Assembly (NCBI GenBank): GCA_950097015.1
Contig: CATNEN010000002.1
Location: 7,812,001 to 7,876,000 of the forward strand
Length of the DNA: 64,000 bases
Origin: Macrostomum hystrix
Taxonomy: Eukaryota > Animalia > Platyhelminthes
Direction: 5' to 3'
The position numbers and the translations under genes are program-made. Below are positions 35,201 to 47,541 of this stretch, piece after piece. Every line of letters starts with the position of its first letter. Positions within the stretch are counted from its first letter, which is position 1. The notes under the pieces are model-generated. The model was not told the DNA's origin, made no database searches, and was given only the letters and a program-made list of their open reading frames with translations.

Positions 35201-38200
35201 GCGGACGGCAACCTGCCGGTGGGAGTCTGCAACCTGAGCGCCGTACGCGGTGCTGCACGGCCGCGACCCCCGGATTCCGGCCGAGCTCAGCCTGCCCGCC
35301 GCCGGTGAGAGGCCGGTCATCACGGACGCGCTGGCGGACGCCCGCGCCGGTCTGCAGCTCGTGCGGCAGCGCCTGCAGTCGACGCAGCGGTCGCGGAAGC
35401 AGAAGTACGACAAGCGCCAGCACTTCACTCCGTTCCAAGTCGGCCAGCTGGTGATGCTCAACAACCCGGCGGTGCAGAAGGGCCAGTCCAAGGCGCTCCG
35501 CCGGCGGTGGTTGGGGCCGTACCGCATGCTCGAGAAGCTGGGCCCAGTCACCTACCGGATCTCCGAGCCCACCAGGCGGAGGCGGAGCTCGGTGGTGCAC
35601 CACGACCGGCTGAAGGCGTTCGTGGCGAGGCGGCCACAGCCGGTCCCACAACCCGCCGCCGACCCGCCCGCTGCAGAGAGCGACCGGCCGCCCAGTCCGG
35701 CTCCCGACCCGCGTGAGACCTGGCAGGAGCTGCTGGACGAACCGGCGCCTGCGGGGCCCAGACGCTCGAATCGGACTCGGAGGCAGCCTGATTTTTTTGT
35801 CGCGCAATTTTGAGCTGCTAACTATTTTTTGTTATTCTAAAGCTTGTAGTGCATCATTTTAAGCTGCCTAAAATATTTAGTTTATTTTTTTGTTATTAAT
35901 GTCCTCAATTTAGGGATGGAGTGTTGTAAGGTGTGCGGTGATTCATTCTCGCATCGCGTCGTAAGTTAGCTTCGTAAATTGTGCAATGCGATGTACACTC
36001 TCTGGGGTACATCGCCAAATATAAAGTAGCCCACTTGAGGCTTTAGTCACCTCGTGTTCTCTCGGTTCTCGCGCAAGTCTCGCCTTCTGACTTAGTTTAC
36101 ATTGGTGGCAGCGGTCTCTATCTTAAGTCGGCCCACTCACTAAAGGCGCACGCCAATGCACTTTTGCCACCCAAGTTTTCGGGCTCAGACGATGCCGACA
36201 TCAACATGTGGCTGCAAATGTTTGAGGACTTCGCCACGGATTCCGAGTGGGACGACAAAAAGATGGCATCGAAAATCCGGCTGCTCTTATCTGGCGAGGC
36301 GCTCGTCTTCGTGTGGGACCTGCCGGAGGAGAAGAAGAGCTTCGCGACCATCAAGGACGAGCTGGTCAAGTTCTACCGTGGCAAGGAGAACTCGTTCTGC
36401 GCCATGTCGGAGTTCGAGAGCCGGAAGCGACACCAAGGAGAGTCGCTGAGGGAGCTGTGCCACGCTCTCAAGCTCCTGTACTGGAAGGCACGCCCTGAGC
36501 ACGATCAGACGGTGAGAGACTGCGAAGTGCGACACCGACTGCTGGCTCTGCTGTCGAAGGAGATTCGCGAAGCGTTGCTGAAAGACGCTGACTGCAGCAG
36601 CAGCAGCAGCCCGGAGCAGCTGGCGGACCGCGCCACGGCGCTAGAGAGCATCGGCGGCAGAGGCGCCTCTGCAAGCATCGCGGTAACATCGGAGAGCAGC
36701 CAAGTGGCGGACCGGCTGGAGCAGATGCAGGAGCAGCTGGCGAACCTGGCTGCGACGGTCGCCACCATCAGCAGCCGCGGACAGCGCGGTGCGCGAGGAA
36801 GAGGAGCTCGGGGGAGAGGCAGCGGTCGCGGGAAATGCTTCAACTGCGCTCAGCCCGGCCATTTCGCGGCCCAGTGCCCCAGGCAGGCCGCGCCAGCCGT
36901 GCCGCCCATGTGCAGCCGCTGCTCAGGCAAAGGGCACCGGGCCGAGGTCTGCCCGACCTCGGCTTCGGGAAACTTCTGAGGACTGGTGACCGCGGGCCAT
37001 CACCAGCCCTGCCTAGCAAGGCCCAAACCGCTTCACTCTTCCTGCCCGGCGGCATCGCAGGCCGGCCCTGCAGGTGGCTTTTCTACACGGGCGCGCAGGT
37101 GACGCTCGTATCAGCTGCCTAGTTTCGAGCTCTGGGAGTCGCAGCTCAGCTTCATCCGCCTCTCAGCACTCCGGTCGGGATCGATGGTCGACGCTTGGAG
37201 TCTCCGGCATGTGCAACGCTGGTCATTCAGCTGGGCGGACTGCCGCCCATGGAGCACCCGGTGACGGTGGTCGCCGACATTCAGCCGGAATGCGTGCTCG
37301 GCATGGACGCCATCAGCAAGATGTGCTCAACCTTCAGCGTGGATCTCATGTCGTCTTCAGTCCTGCTGGGGTCAACCAGGATCCCAGTCCTGCCAGACAG
37401 GAACTCCATGCCAGCCTGCCGGGTGGTGCCCACCGCCGTGGTCGCCAGAGTCGCCAGCAACGTGTCCATCCCAGCCCGCAGCCGCGTCAAATCATCCCAG
37501 TCAAGGTGGCGTCGTCCGTTGAGCAGGGTCTGTTCGAGCCCAGCTCCGACTTCGTCGACAAGACCGGCCTGCTACCGAACCGGGCTCTGGTGGTCTCCAG
37601 CGCGGACGGCAACCTGCCGGTGGGAGTCTGCAACCTGAGCGCCGTACGCGGTGCTGCACGGCCGCGACCCCCGGATTCCGGCCGAGCTCAGCCTGCCCGC
37701 CGCCGGTGAGAGGCCGGTCATCACGGACGCGCTGGCGGACGCCCGCGCCGGTCTGCAGCTCGTGCGGCAGCGCCTGCAGTCGACGCAGCGGTCGCGGAAG
37801 CAGAAGTACGACAAGCGCCAGCACTTCACTCCGTTCCAAGTCGGCCAGCTGGTGATGCTCAACAACCCGGCGGTGCAGAAGGGCCAGTCCAAGGCGCTCC
37901 GCCGGCGGTGGTTGGGGCCGTACCGCATGCTCGAGAAGCTGGGCCCAGTCACCTACCGGATCTCCGAGCCCACCAGGCGGAGGCGGAGCTCGGTGGTGCA
38001 CCACGACCGGCTGAAGGCGTTCGTGGCGAGGCGGCCACAGCCGGTCCCACAACCCGCCGCCGACCCGCCCGCTGCAGAGAGCGACCGGCCGCCCAGTCCG
38101 GCTCCCGACCCGCGTGAGACCTGGCAGGAGCTGCTGGACGAACCGGCGCCTGCGGGGCCCAGACGCTCGAATCGGACTCGGAGGCAGCCTGATTTTTTTG

Positions 38201-39377
38201 TCGCGCAATTTTGAGCTGCTAACTATTTTTTGTTATTCTAAAGCTTGTAGTGCATCATTTTAAGCTGCCTAAAATATTTAGTTTATTTTTTTGTTATTAA
38301 TGTCCTCAATTTAGGGATGGAGTGTTGTAAGGTGTGCGGTGATTCATTCTCGCATCGCGTCGTAAGTTAGCTTCGTAAATTGTGCAATGCGATGTACACT
38401 CTCTGGGGTACATCGCCAAATATAAAGTAGCCCACTTGAGGCTTTAGTCACCTCGTGTTCTCTCGGTTCTCGCGCAAGTCTCGCCTTCTGACTTAGTTTA
38501 CAATGTGAATATAATGCACACTTGAGCATAAACTTCTACCGACTGTACAGAACGATGGTATTTGAGCCGATGCTTACCTCTGTACATGCCAAAGAAGCCT
38601 TCCTTCATGAATGTCTTCTTGCCGCAATCCAGCCTGTGATGGCAGACATTGAACATTGGTCTGGTTGCATTGGCGATTAGCAAAAGACAATCATGGGCAT
38701 GGGGATTCTGAGTAAAATTGGATTCTGAGGACATAGGGATGCTGAGGACAAGGGGATGCTGAGGACAAGGGGATGCTGAGGACAAGGGGATGCTGACGAC
38801 AAGGGGATGCTGAGGACAAGGGGATGCTGAGGACTAGTGAACTTTGAGCACACGGGGATGCTGAGGACAAGGGGATGCTGACGACAAGGGGATGCTGAGG
38901 ACAAGGGGATGTTGAGGACTAGTGAACTTTGAGCACACGGGGATGCTGAGGACAAGGGGATGCTGACGACAAGGGGATGCTGAGGACAAGGGGATGCTGA
39001 GGACTAGTGAACTCTGAGCACACGGGGATGCTGAGGACAAGGGGATGCTGACGACAAGGGGATGCTGAGGACAAGGGGATGCTGAGGACAAGGGGATGCT
39101 GACGACAAGGGGATGCTGAGGACAAGGGGATGCTGAGGACAAGGGGACTTTGAGAACATGGGGGATACTGAGGACATGTGTATTCTGAGGACAACTATTA
39201 ATCATAAAATCTAAGTTAGAACCGAAACATTGAATTAAAGGGAGCCCTCACATGCCACTGTACAGCCTGTGTCCCTCACGCTGTTTCTGCAGGCGAGTTT
39301 TAACCAAGTCAATAGGAAAGGTGCACGTGACACCAATTAGGCCAGCGATAGCGCCATTGATCACCTTTGGCAGGAGC
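32271..39377 (-). CDS. SLC25A22: Mitochondrial glutamate carrier, SLC25A22/SLC25A18 type (exons 39377-39252, 38633-38578, 33502-33412, 33332-32868, 32418-32271; first exon not located)
   Basis: [110 protein letters not shown]. Three carrier signatures; phases 2/1/2/2 join in frame. Confidence 0.93.
32481..32795. repeat. 25-bp minisatellite (CACTAACCCTCTGCCCCACAATGTA), SLC25A22 last intron
   Basis: About 12 near-perfect units. Confidence 0.97.
33702..33714 (+). other. Primer-binding site (tRNA-Leu), repeated at 36103-36115
   Basis: TGGTGGCAGCGGT is the complement of the 3' end of tRNA-Leu(AAG/TAG) (..ACCGCUGCCACCA). Confidence 0.75.
33763..34578 (+). CDS. Ty3/gypsy Gag, unit 1
   Basis: [18 protein letters not shown] capsid start and two CCHC knuckles ([28 protein letters not shown]). 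Ends at slippery G GGA AAC (34566-34572). No in-frame ATG before the conserved start. Confidence 0.8.
   Translation: MPPKFSGSDDADINMWLQMFEDFATDSEWDDKKMASKIRLLLSGEALVFVWDLPEEKKSFATIKDELVKFYRGKENSFCAMSEFESRKRHQGESLRELCHALKLLYWKARPEHDQTVRDCEVRHRLLALLSKEIREALLKDADCSSSSSPEQLADRATALESIGGRGASASIAVTSESSQVADRLEQMQEQLANLAATVATISSRGQRGARGRGARGRGSGRGKCFNCAQPGHFAAQCPRQAAPAVPPMCSRCSGKGHRAEVCPTSASGNF
34566..35813 (+). pseudogene. Deleted and disabled gypsy pol remnant, unit 1
   Basis: The -1 frame gives protease with DTG->YTG (34683), stop TAG at 34719 and CVLGMDAI. A frameshift lies near 35090. At ~35238 the sequence joins directly to the integrase C-terminus ([28 protein letters not shown]). No RT, RNase H or integrase core. 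Confidence 0.87.
36164..36979 (+). CDS. Ty3/gypsy Gag, unit 2
   Basis: Translation identical to unit 1. Confidence 0.8.
   Translation: MPPKFSGSDDADINMWLQMFEDFATDSEWDDKKMASKIRLLLSGEALVFVWDLPEEKKSFATIKDELVKFYRGKENSFCAMSEFESRKRHQGESLRELCHALKLLYWKARPEHDQTVRDCEVRHRLLALLSKEIREALLKDADCSSSSSPEQLADRATALESIGGRGASASIAVTSESSQVADRLEQMQEQLANLAATVATISSRGQRGARGRGARGRGSGRGKCFNCAQPGHFAAQCPRQAAPAVPPMCSRCSGKGHRAEVCPTSASGNF
36967..38214 (+). pseudogene. Deleted and disabled gypsy pol remnant, unit 2
   Basis: Same lesions as unit 1, offset by 2401 bp. Confidence 0.87.
38725..39190. repeat. 17-bp minisatellite (GCTGAGGACAAGGGGAT), SLC25A22 intron
   Basis: Tandem units with periodic interruptions. Confidence 0.93.
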
Positions 39378-39451
39378 CTAAAGATAATAGAGGTAAAAAC
39401 GAGCTTGATAATTTTTTAAATAGCCTAACAAACAAATTTCCATGTATATCC

Positions 39452-39785
39452 CGAGGAAGCCAATGGCAAGGCGGTTAACACGTTTGCCTCTTTCCCAAAA
39501 GAGGCCACATTGATTTGGGGCGCAGCTATGGAGAAAAGGCTAGGGGGCTTGTCATGTAATTTATGCCCTTTAGAGCCAACCTCCAAGACACAGTGAAGTG
39601 TACACTGCCTGACGATGAGAAAGTCAGGGCAGGTGTACACAGCTGTGTGAGCATATGCCTGCAAATAGTGTCTCTGTGTGTGTGCTCAGGAGTCAGTGAA
39701 ATGGGCAGAATTGCCTCCTTGCTGGCTGCGGGTCAAAGTGCCAATGCCCACAGCCCTCCTGCAATTATTATTATTATTATTATTC
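39452..39785 (+). mobile_element. tRNA-derived SINE, longest copy (B box deleted), (ATT)n tail
   Basis: A-box-like TGGCAAGGCGG, shared blocks AGGCCACATT..GGGGCGCAGC..GGGGGCT, GTACACTGCCTG and AATGGGCAGAATTGCCTCC, ending in (ATT)n. Confidence 0.7.
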
Positions 39786-42489
39786 CATGCATACCTGAAC
39801 TTTGGTTGATTAGCATCGATCTGCTGAGAAGCCATGCTTTTTAAGGAAAAATTTTCTATTGGCAGAGTTGGCAGTTCAAATATATATTTATCTGAAAATT
39901 AGAATGTCATAGCAACATGGTTTTTTGATAGTTAGATTAATTTGGATAGAAAATTATATAACGATAACTTATTATAATAAGCCTAGGTCAAACTTGTATA
40001 ATTGAATAGTTTAGTTAATTTAAAAAATTTAGAGATAGTATAAGCTTGTTTGAATTTGATTAATTTTAATATACAAAAGTCAAAACTGAACAATATGTTT
40101 AGATTAAAAAATATATAATAAGCTATGAATGAAACATCTAATAGTAGGGTGTAAGACTGAGTAAAAGAGTAGAAAATCCATTGTTAAGTTTGTTATATAT
40201 AGCTACTAGAGCTTTAAATAGGGAATAAAATGAATAGCTACATTAATGATTGATATACATTTAAAGTAGTAGGATTGTTACCTTTTTGTTATTGTTAAAG
40301 AGAAGATAAACCTAAAGGTATTTAGCTACTTTGCTACTATTTTATAACTAGCTTATTCTAGTCACATTATCAAAACTAGAATGTAGGCTTATGTGAATTT
40401 TGCCATATCCTAAACTAAATAGCCTAAACAATAATCGTCCATGCAGTTTATGAGCCTATAGACAATGATATAGTTAGTGCATGGGACAGGTCACATGTTA
40501 ATTGCTTTGCTAGATCAGAAATTTGGTTGGTGCATTCAGATACAATCATGTTTATATTTCAATACAGTTTAAACATGAGAAGTAACATTCAAAAAAGACA
40601 CATTCACATATGACATGTAACACAAGCCTAAGCTATGACTACAGGCCATAGCTAGGCCTACATTAAGCATACACTAGTACTACATACATAAATTTATAAG
40701 ACATATTAACTGTAGCTCACTGAGGCATTTACATAAAATTTCTATTTATAAACACCAAAGCTGGAGCAGCTTTCCAAACTTCCCAGAACAAAAAAAATCT
40801 AAAGTTTTTTTATACCTATTGAATTCAGAATTTTCGTTTTTTTTAATATTGTTACAGAACAAATCAAAGCAGACAAACAGCAACTATCCTGTGCACTCGA
40901 CGTGAAAGACAACGGAAATTATCTACAAAATTTAGGGCCTATGCTTTTGCACAAAGCTGTTATATTAACGTCGATCGAAAACGTAAACCGCTATAAAGTG
41001 AGGTACCCTATAGCAACGGAAAACAAGTAGGAAAAACTCAGTTTTTTACTAAAAAATAGAGAATATATTTAAATCGACTAATGGTCTAAAAATAAAAAAC
41101 AAGCAGTAAGAAGTCCACTATAATTTAGAAATAACAAGAAATTAGGCGAACAACACTAACAACAACAGCTGTAGTTCATATAAAACGGCTTTTTAAAGTT
41201 ATTTTGTGGAGTAACTTTCAACGACTTAAAGGTTTAAGTTAAACGTACAGAAGTAAGTTTTTAAAAAAACTTTTTAATTTAATTTCATTGCGCTTTTTAT
41301 TAAATACATCTACGTTTGTTAAAACGTCTAACCTTGAAAATAAAATAGAACTACTTTTTAAAACCTATGTTTAGAAGCTATTTCTTCGATTCGTCAATTT
41401 AAAAGACCCTGTTCGTGCAATTTAAAATGCACGAACACAAATGGGTAATACAAGTTCGTTAGTAAACTATTTGATAAATAAAAATTTCTTGATAATAATA
41501 ATAATAATTGATTACACCTGCCTCAATTGGATCAGATGTGCATAAATAAAAAATTCATGTTTACAGTCACAAAAGCAAAAAATGACTTATAAGCATATCA
41601 ATGTTTTGAATTAATTTCGAACTAATTTTTGTTCGTCGTTTTCATATATTTGATTCGACAAATTTACTGTCCTGCTTTGTCTAGCGTTTCTCTAGTTTCA
41701 TTAAAGTTGAGTGCATTGAAAGTAGCATAGAAAGGTGCATTGAAAGTGAATGAAAGTTGAGTTTCATTAAAGTAAAGTTTCATTAAAATTAGTTTTTTTC
41801 AAGCATTTCACAATCACAGGCGAATATAGAAGTTAGGCTCAGAACAAAAGTTACAGAACAATATAAGAATACCATCTGATTCTTAAGAAATCTAAACTAT
41901 TGATATATAGCTAAATGTGCAAAAACATCCTGACAGAATATTTTATAGCTGTACATCATATAGGGGCTATCTAAACAAAAGCAATTTTTTGTAAACATTT
42001 TTACAAAAGCTGCAGAAACATAACTTTTATTAGTAATTCAAAATTGTTGTCTAATTTGTAGTTTCATGTATTTGATTTGTGAGAGAGCCTAAAAAATTAT
42101 GAGGCTAGAAATAATAAATTATTTCGAGAACCTGACTTTGCATACATATGTTTACTTATTAATGACAGTTTTTGTCTCTTGATTTTTTTGCTTTCCATAA
42201 GCTTCATTTTATTAATATTGAAATGGTATACTTTAAATAACATGTTTTGCGATTGTTTAAATTAGTAATAGTATGAGCTTGAACTTACTTTACCCAATGA
42301 ATTAGTTTGTCAACTCATAATTTTTTTGTATGAATATGTGATCATTAGGTAGTGTTATTAGCCATAAATTGAATAGAAAAGAAAACTGCCTTTTAATGTT
42401 ATCTGAATGTCTCTAGATCTAAACTGCTAGTATAATGACAATTTTTCTTAATATTTTTCAGAATTATCTACTCAAAAGTTCTGTCAATC

Positions 42490-44874
42490 ATGAACTTTGA
42501 TGACTTTAGCAAGGACATGCTTGGTGGCGGTCGTCCGCCATCCTTCCGCGGAGGCGGTGGCGGAGGCGGTGTCCACGGTGGCAGCGCAGGGCACTCATCT
42601 GCTGACCGTCACGCCAGCATGATGAGCTCAACTCCCAGGGAGCCCAGCTCTGGCCTGTGGCTGGTCTGGCAGATTGCCTACCCCATCTGCCTGGGCTTGC
42701 TCAACTTCTGCCTGGTTGTTGGAGCCTGGCTGTGGTTCAAACACCCGCTCTATCTGTTCCGTTTGCTGCGCTGGCTCCAGACTCGGCGAGTCGGCCTCCG
42801 CTGCCGCCTGCTGCAGCTTGACGGCACCGTCTACCGCGTGGCCGAAAAGGGCCGGCCAGACAAGTTCCGCACCTCCATGCTGCTCATTCACGGCCTGGCT
42901 GATGACGTCACCACCTGGAACAGCTTCTTGGAGCAGATGGACGCTCAGGTGCGAACAATGGCTCCTCGCAGAAACTACTCTATTTTACTGTCTGCGTCAG
43001 AAGTGCTGTCAGGGGTGTGATATGGGACTGTCAGGAGTGTGATATGGGACTGTCAGGAGTGTGATTTAGGACTGTCAGGAGTGTGATTTAGGACTGTCAG
43101 GAGTGTGATTTGGGACTGTCAGGAGTGTGATTTGGGACTGTCAGGAGTGTGATATGGGACTGTCAGGAGTGTGATTTAGGACTGTCAGGAGTGTGATATG
43201 GGACTGTCAGGAGTGTGATTTGGGACTGTCAGGAGTGGGATATGGGACTGTCAGGAGTGTGATATGGGACTGTCAGGTGTGTGATATGGGACTGTCAGGA
43301 GTGCGATATGGGACTGTCAGGAGTGTGATATGGGACTGTCAGGAGTGTGATATGGGACTGTCAGGAGTGTAATATGGAACTGTCAGGAGTGTAATATGGA
43401 ACTGTCAGGAGTGTGATATGGGACTGTCAGGAGTGTGATATGGCAGTATCAAACAGTAGGCGGTTGCTGTCAAGTCAGCCAGCTGACACTGGGTCTCGCC
43501 GTCTCCCCTGAACTCAGGCTGAGCACTGTCTGGCAGTCGATCTGCCGGGTCACGGCGGCAGTCTCGCCAGCTCAGGCGAAGAGTTCGACCTCGAGCCGCT
43601 GGCCCGCCGAGTGCGCAGCCTGGTGTGCGCCGCCGGCTACGAGAAGCAGCCGATGCACGTGATTGGCTACAGCATGGGCGCTTGCGTTGCCGGCGCGTAC
43701 GCGGCCCTGTACCCGGAGCAGGCCGACCTCCTCACCCTGGCCGCTCCGCTGATGCGCCCGACTTCAACCACGGCGAGCAACGAGGACCTGCTGCACCGCC
43801 TGATCGCCTGGCTGGCTCCGTCCAGCTACGACGAGCTGACGGTTGCGCTGCGACACCGCGCCTACCGCCCGGTGCCCGTGGCCTCCCAGGTGCTGACCGG
43901 CATGCTGGAGGACCGCCTGCCCAAGCTGGAATTCCATCGCGCCCTGCTGGCCAACTGCTTCGAGGAGGCCAACTGCAACTTGCTGCTGCGGCTGGCCGAC
44001 CGAATCACCGCCGCTGTGCAAATTGTCTGGGGCAAGCAGGACGAGGTGAGTGCTCTGGCTGGGTCCCTTCTGCGTCTGCCTCAGTATAGGAGAGTATAGG
44101 AGACTGCAATCAGCCTACTGAAGTACCTGAGTATAGGAGGCTGCAATCAGCCTACTGAAGTACCTGAGTATAGGAGGATGCAATCAGCCTACTGAAATAC
44201 CTGAGTATAGGAGGATGCAATCAGCCTACTCTAAGTACCTGAGTATAGGAGGATGCAATCAGCCTACTGAAGTACCTGAGTATAGGAGGATGCAATCAGC
44301 CTACTGAAGTACCTGAGTATAGGAGGATGCAATCAGCCTACTGAAGTACCTGAGTATAGGAGGATGCAATCAGCCTACTGAAGTACCTGAGTATAGGAGG
44401 ATGCAATCAGCCTACTGAAGTACCTGAGTATAGGAGGATGCAATCAGCCTACTGAAGTACCTGAGTATAGGAGAATGCAATCAGCCTACTGAAGTACCTG
44501 AGTATAGGAGGATGCAATCAGCCTACTGAAGTATCTGAGTATAGGAGGATGCAATCAGCCTACTGAAATACCTGAGTATAGGAGGCTGCAATCAGCCTAC
44601 TGAAGTACTTGAGTATAGGAGGCTGCAATAGCCTACTACTCAAGTTCCTGAGATCGGGATGCAGCAGTTCACTAGAGTACAGACTGCCTGAATCAACATG
44701 ACGCAGGTGTCGCCGGTGTCGCAGGCGGCGCAGCTGCAGGCGGCCCTAGCCAATGTGGGCCAGTCGGACATCATTGACGAGTGTGGCCACTCGCTGGAGC
44801 TGGAGTGCCCGGCCAATTTCTACAGCCTGGTGTACAAGTTCAGGAAGAACCAGTCGTTGAAGAAGTTCAGCTGA
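42490..44874 (+). CDS. ABHD6: ABHD6-like membrane-anchored alpha/beta hydrolase (exons 42490-42948, 43518-44045, 44707-44874)
   Basis: N-terminal TM segment, MLLIHGLAD, AVDLPGHGGS, nucleophile GYSMG, acid WGKQDE, His in DECGHSLELE. Phase 0 GT-AG junctions. Confidence 0.8.
43008..43441. repeat. 22-bp minisatellite (GTGTGATATGGGACTGTCAGGA), ABHD6 intron 1
   Basis: About 20 units. Confidence 0.96.
44092..44640. repeat. 37-bp minisatellite (GAGTATAGGAGGATGCAATCAGCCTACTGAAGTACCT), ABHD6 intron 2
   Basis: About 15 units. Confidence 0.96.
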
Positions 44875-44971
44875 GCTCTGAAAACTGATCTGATTTTTTA
44901 CTGAGAAACCTTTATAGCTGGGTTCGGCAACCTGGCATTCCTCGGGCGGACAGACTTCTATGTGGGGAATA

Positions 44972-45547
44972 GAGATGAGACAGGTGAGAGATGAGACAGG
45001 TGAAAGATGAGACAGATGAGAGTTGAGACAGGGGAGAGATGAGACAGGTGAGAGATGAGACAGGGGAGAGTTAAGACAGGTGAGAGATGAGACAGGTGAG
45101 AGTTGAGACAGGGGAGAGATGAGACAGGTGAGAGATGAGACAGGGGAGAGATAAGACAGGTGAGAGATGAGACAGGGGAGAGTTGAGACAGGTGAGAGTT
45201 GAGATAGGGGAGAGATGAGACAGGTGAGAGATGAGACAGGTGAGAGATGAGACAGGGGAGAGATAAGACAGGTGAGAGATGAGACAGGTGAGAGATGAGA
45301 CAGGTGAGAGATGAGACAGCTGAGAGATGAGACAGCTGAGAGATGAGACAGGTGAGAGATGAGACAGGTGAGCGATGAGACAGGTGAGAGATGAGAGGTG
45401 AGAGATGAGACAGGTGGGTGAGAGATGAGACAGGTGAGAGATGAGACAGGTGAGCGATGAGACAGGTGAGAGATGAGAGGTGAGAGATGAGACAGGTGGG
45501 TGAGAGATGAGACAGGTGAGAGATGAGACAGGTGAGAGATGAGACAG
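44972..45547. repeat. 14-bp minisatellite (GAGATGAGACAGGT) downstream of ABHD6
   Basis: About 40 units. Confidence 0.96.
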
Positions 45548-46341
45548 GATTTGAACTGTTTTAGAGTTCCTGATTTGAATGCCTTCAGAGCCTTATCTCT
45601 GCTGCGGGACAAATATTGTCGACCCCAAGCTGCTGTGTAACTTAGCAGGCACTAAACTGAATGTTCGTGCTAGAAGTTCTCTGCTTAATCTATTAATGTT
45701 TGAGACCGTTCGTGTTATTTTTTGTTTTTTTTTATCTGGTTCGAGACAGACATTTTTCTGAGAGATTTCTCAGCTTCACAGCTATGAGTGACTCAAACAT
45801 GATATTCTTCTTTGCAAACTGTACCAATCCCATAATCACGTGACTATCTAATAATTTATTTGTCTTCTTAGTACATTCTGTGCACCTGAACAAATATTAA
45901 TGAATGCGAACGATTCTCTTTGTTATTTTATCCTGTTACTACTGTGAGTAGCTTGGCGTCCTATTGACCGGAAATTCTAGTCAATGCCTCTCGGTTTGTG
46001 TAACACAGTTAAAATGTGTGTGGCATGCTTTACTGGTGTCCTCTCCATGGCATTATCTCTCTATCCGTGTGTTAATCTGCTTTGAACTTTGTAGTCTCCG
46101 TGCTTTATATTGGCTTCAGTTGTCATCACATTTTCCTTAGTCTTTTTGGTATTCATCGACTCAAGTGAAGCTTTAATCAGACAGCTAGTGTATTTGTTCC
46201 AATTTAGGCGTGAAAACATAGCACTCTTGGCCTAACACTGTTCAGTTACTGTTTTTCAGCAATTGCAGCTGATCTCTCACAAAACTTTATAAATTAGACT
46301 TTTTATATATTTGCTTTTTTTTAACTTCACGGCTATCATTC

Positions 46342-47180
46342 TACCAGATCCTCAGACAGTGCTACCAGATCCTCAGACAGTGCTACCAGATCCTCAGACA
46401 GTGCTACCAGATCCTCAGACAGTGCTACCAGATCCTCAGACATTGCTACCAGATCCTCAGACAGTGCTACCAGATCCTCAGACAGTGCTACCAGATCCTC
46501 AGACAGTGCTACCAGATCCTCAGACAGTGCTACCAGATCCTCAGACAGTGCTACCAGATCCTCAGACAGTGCTATCAGATCCTCAGACAGTGCTACCAGA
46601 TCCTCAGACAGTGCTACCAGATCCTCAGACAGTGCTATCAGATCCTCAGACAGTGCTACCAGATCCTCAGACAGTGCTACCAGATCCTCAGACAGTGCTA
46701 TCAGATCCTCAGACAGTGCTACCAGATCCTCAGACAGTGCTACCAGATCCTCAGACAGTGCTACCAGATCCTCAGACAGTGCTACCAGATCCTCAGACAG
46801 TGCTACCAGATCCTCAGACAGTGCTACCAGATCCTCAGACAGTGCTACCAGATCCTCAGACAGTGCTACTAGATCCTCAGGCAGTGCTACCAGATCCTCA
46901 GACAGTGCTACCAGATCCTCAGACAGTGCTACCAGATCCTCAGACAGTGCTATCAGATCATCAAACAGTTCTACCAGATCCTCAGACAGTGCTACCAGAT
47001 CCTCAGGCAGTGCTACCAGATCCTCAGACAGTGCTACCAGATCCTCAGACAGTGCTACCAGATCCTCAGACAGTGCTATCAGATCCTCAGACAGTGCTAC
47101 CAGATCCTCAGGCAGTGCTACCAGATCCTCAGATAGTGCTACCAGATCCTCAGGCAGTGCTATCATTCTACCAGATCCTT
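46342..47180. repeat. 21-bp minisatellite (CCAGATCCTCAGACAGTGCTA), intergenic
   Basis: About 40 units. Confidence 0.97.
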
Positions 47181-47510
47181 ATACTGAGGATCACTATGAT
47201 CCTACAACTGCAACAGTTTCTCAGCATAATACATTAGTTTTAAGTTTCCTAGAATTCACGGAATGTTGAAGATCGTGGATGGCCCACCTGCGGGCCTCAA
47301 CTTGTGCGGCCTGATATGCCCGTATTGTGGAGATACCATAGCAGCAGGAATTTTTCACCTTTGGGGGGCCTAATTTTGGCAGGCCCATAGCAACAGATTC
47401 GGATCCCGGCACCACCATGTCACAATCGAACACAGCCGGGCCTGTCAGGCGTGGAAGATGCCCTCCTGTCTGTCACTGTTGAATCCCTGATCCCGAGAAA
47501 TTCGTGTATA

Positions 47511-47541
<31 letters not shown>

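Larger units (their letters stand above)
33524..38502 (+). mobile_element. Tandem (LTR-internal-LTR-internal-LTR) non-autonomous Ty3/gypsy element in a carrier-gene intron
   Basis: Three 177-bp TG..CA LTRs (33524-33700, 35925-36101, 38326-38502), period 2401 bp. PBS after LTR1 and LTR2; purine tract AGGGATGGAG before LTR2 and LTR3. Flanks ATAT / ATGT (3 of 4 TSD match). Confidence 0.93.

Noticed and set aside
39850-42460. 2.6-kb AT-rich spacer between the divergent SLC25A22 and ABHD6 genes
   Set aside because: No ORFs, repeats or definable elements could be supported; likely promoter and UTR-intron sequence.
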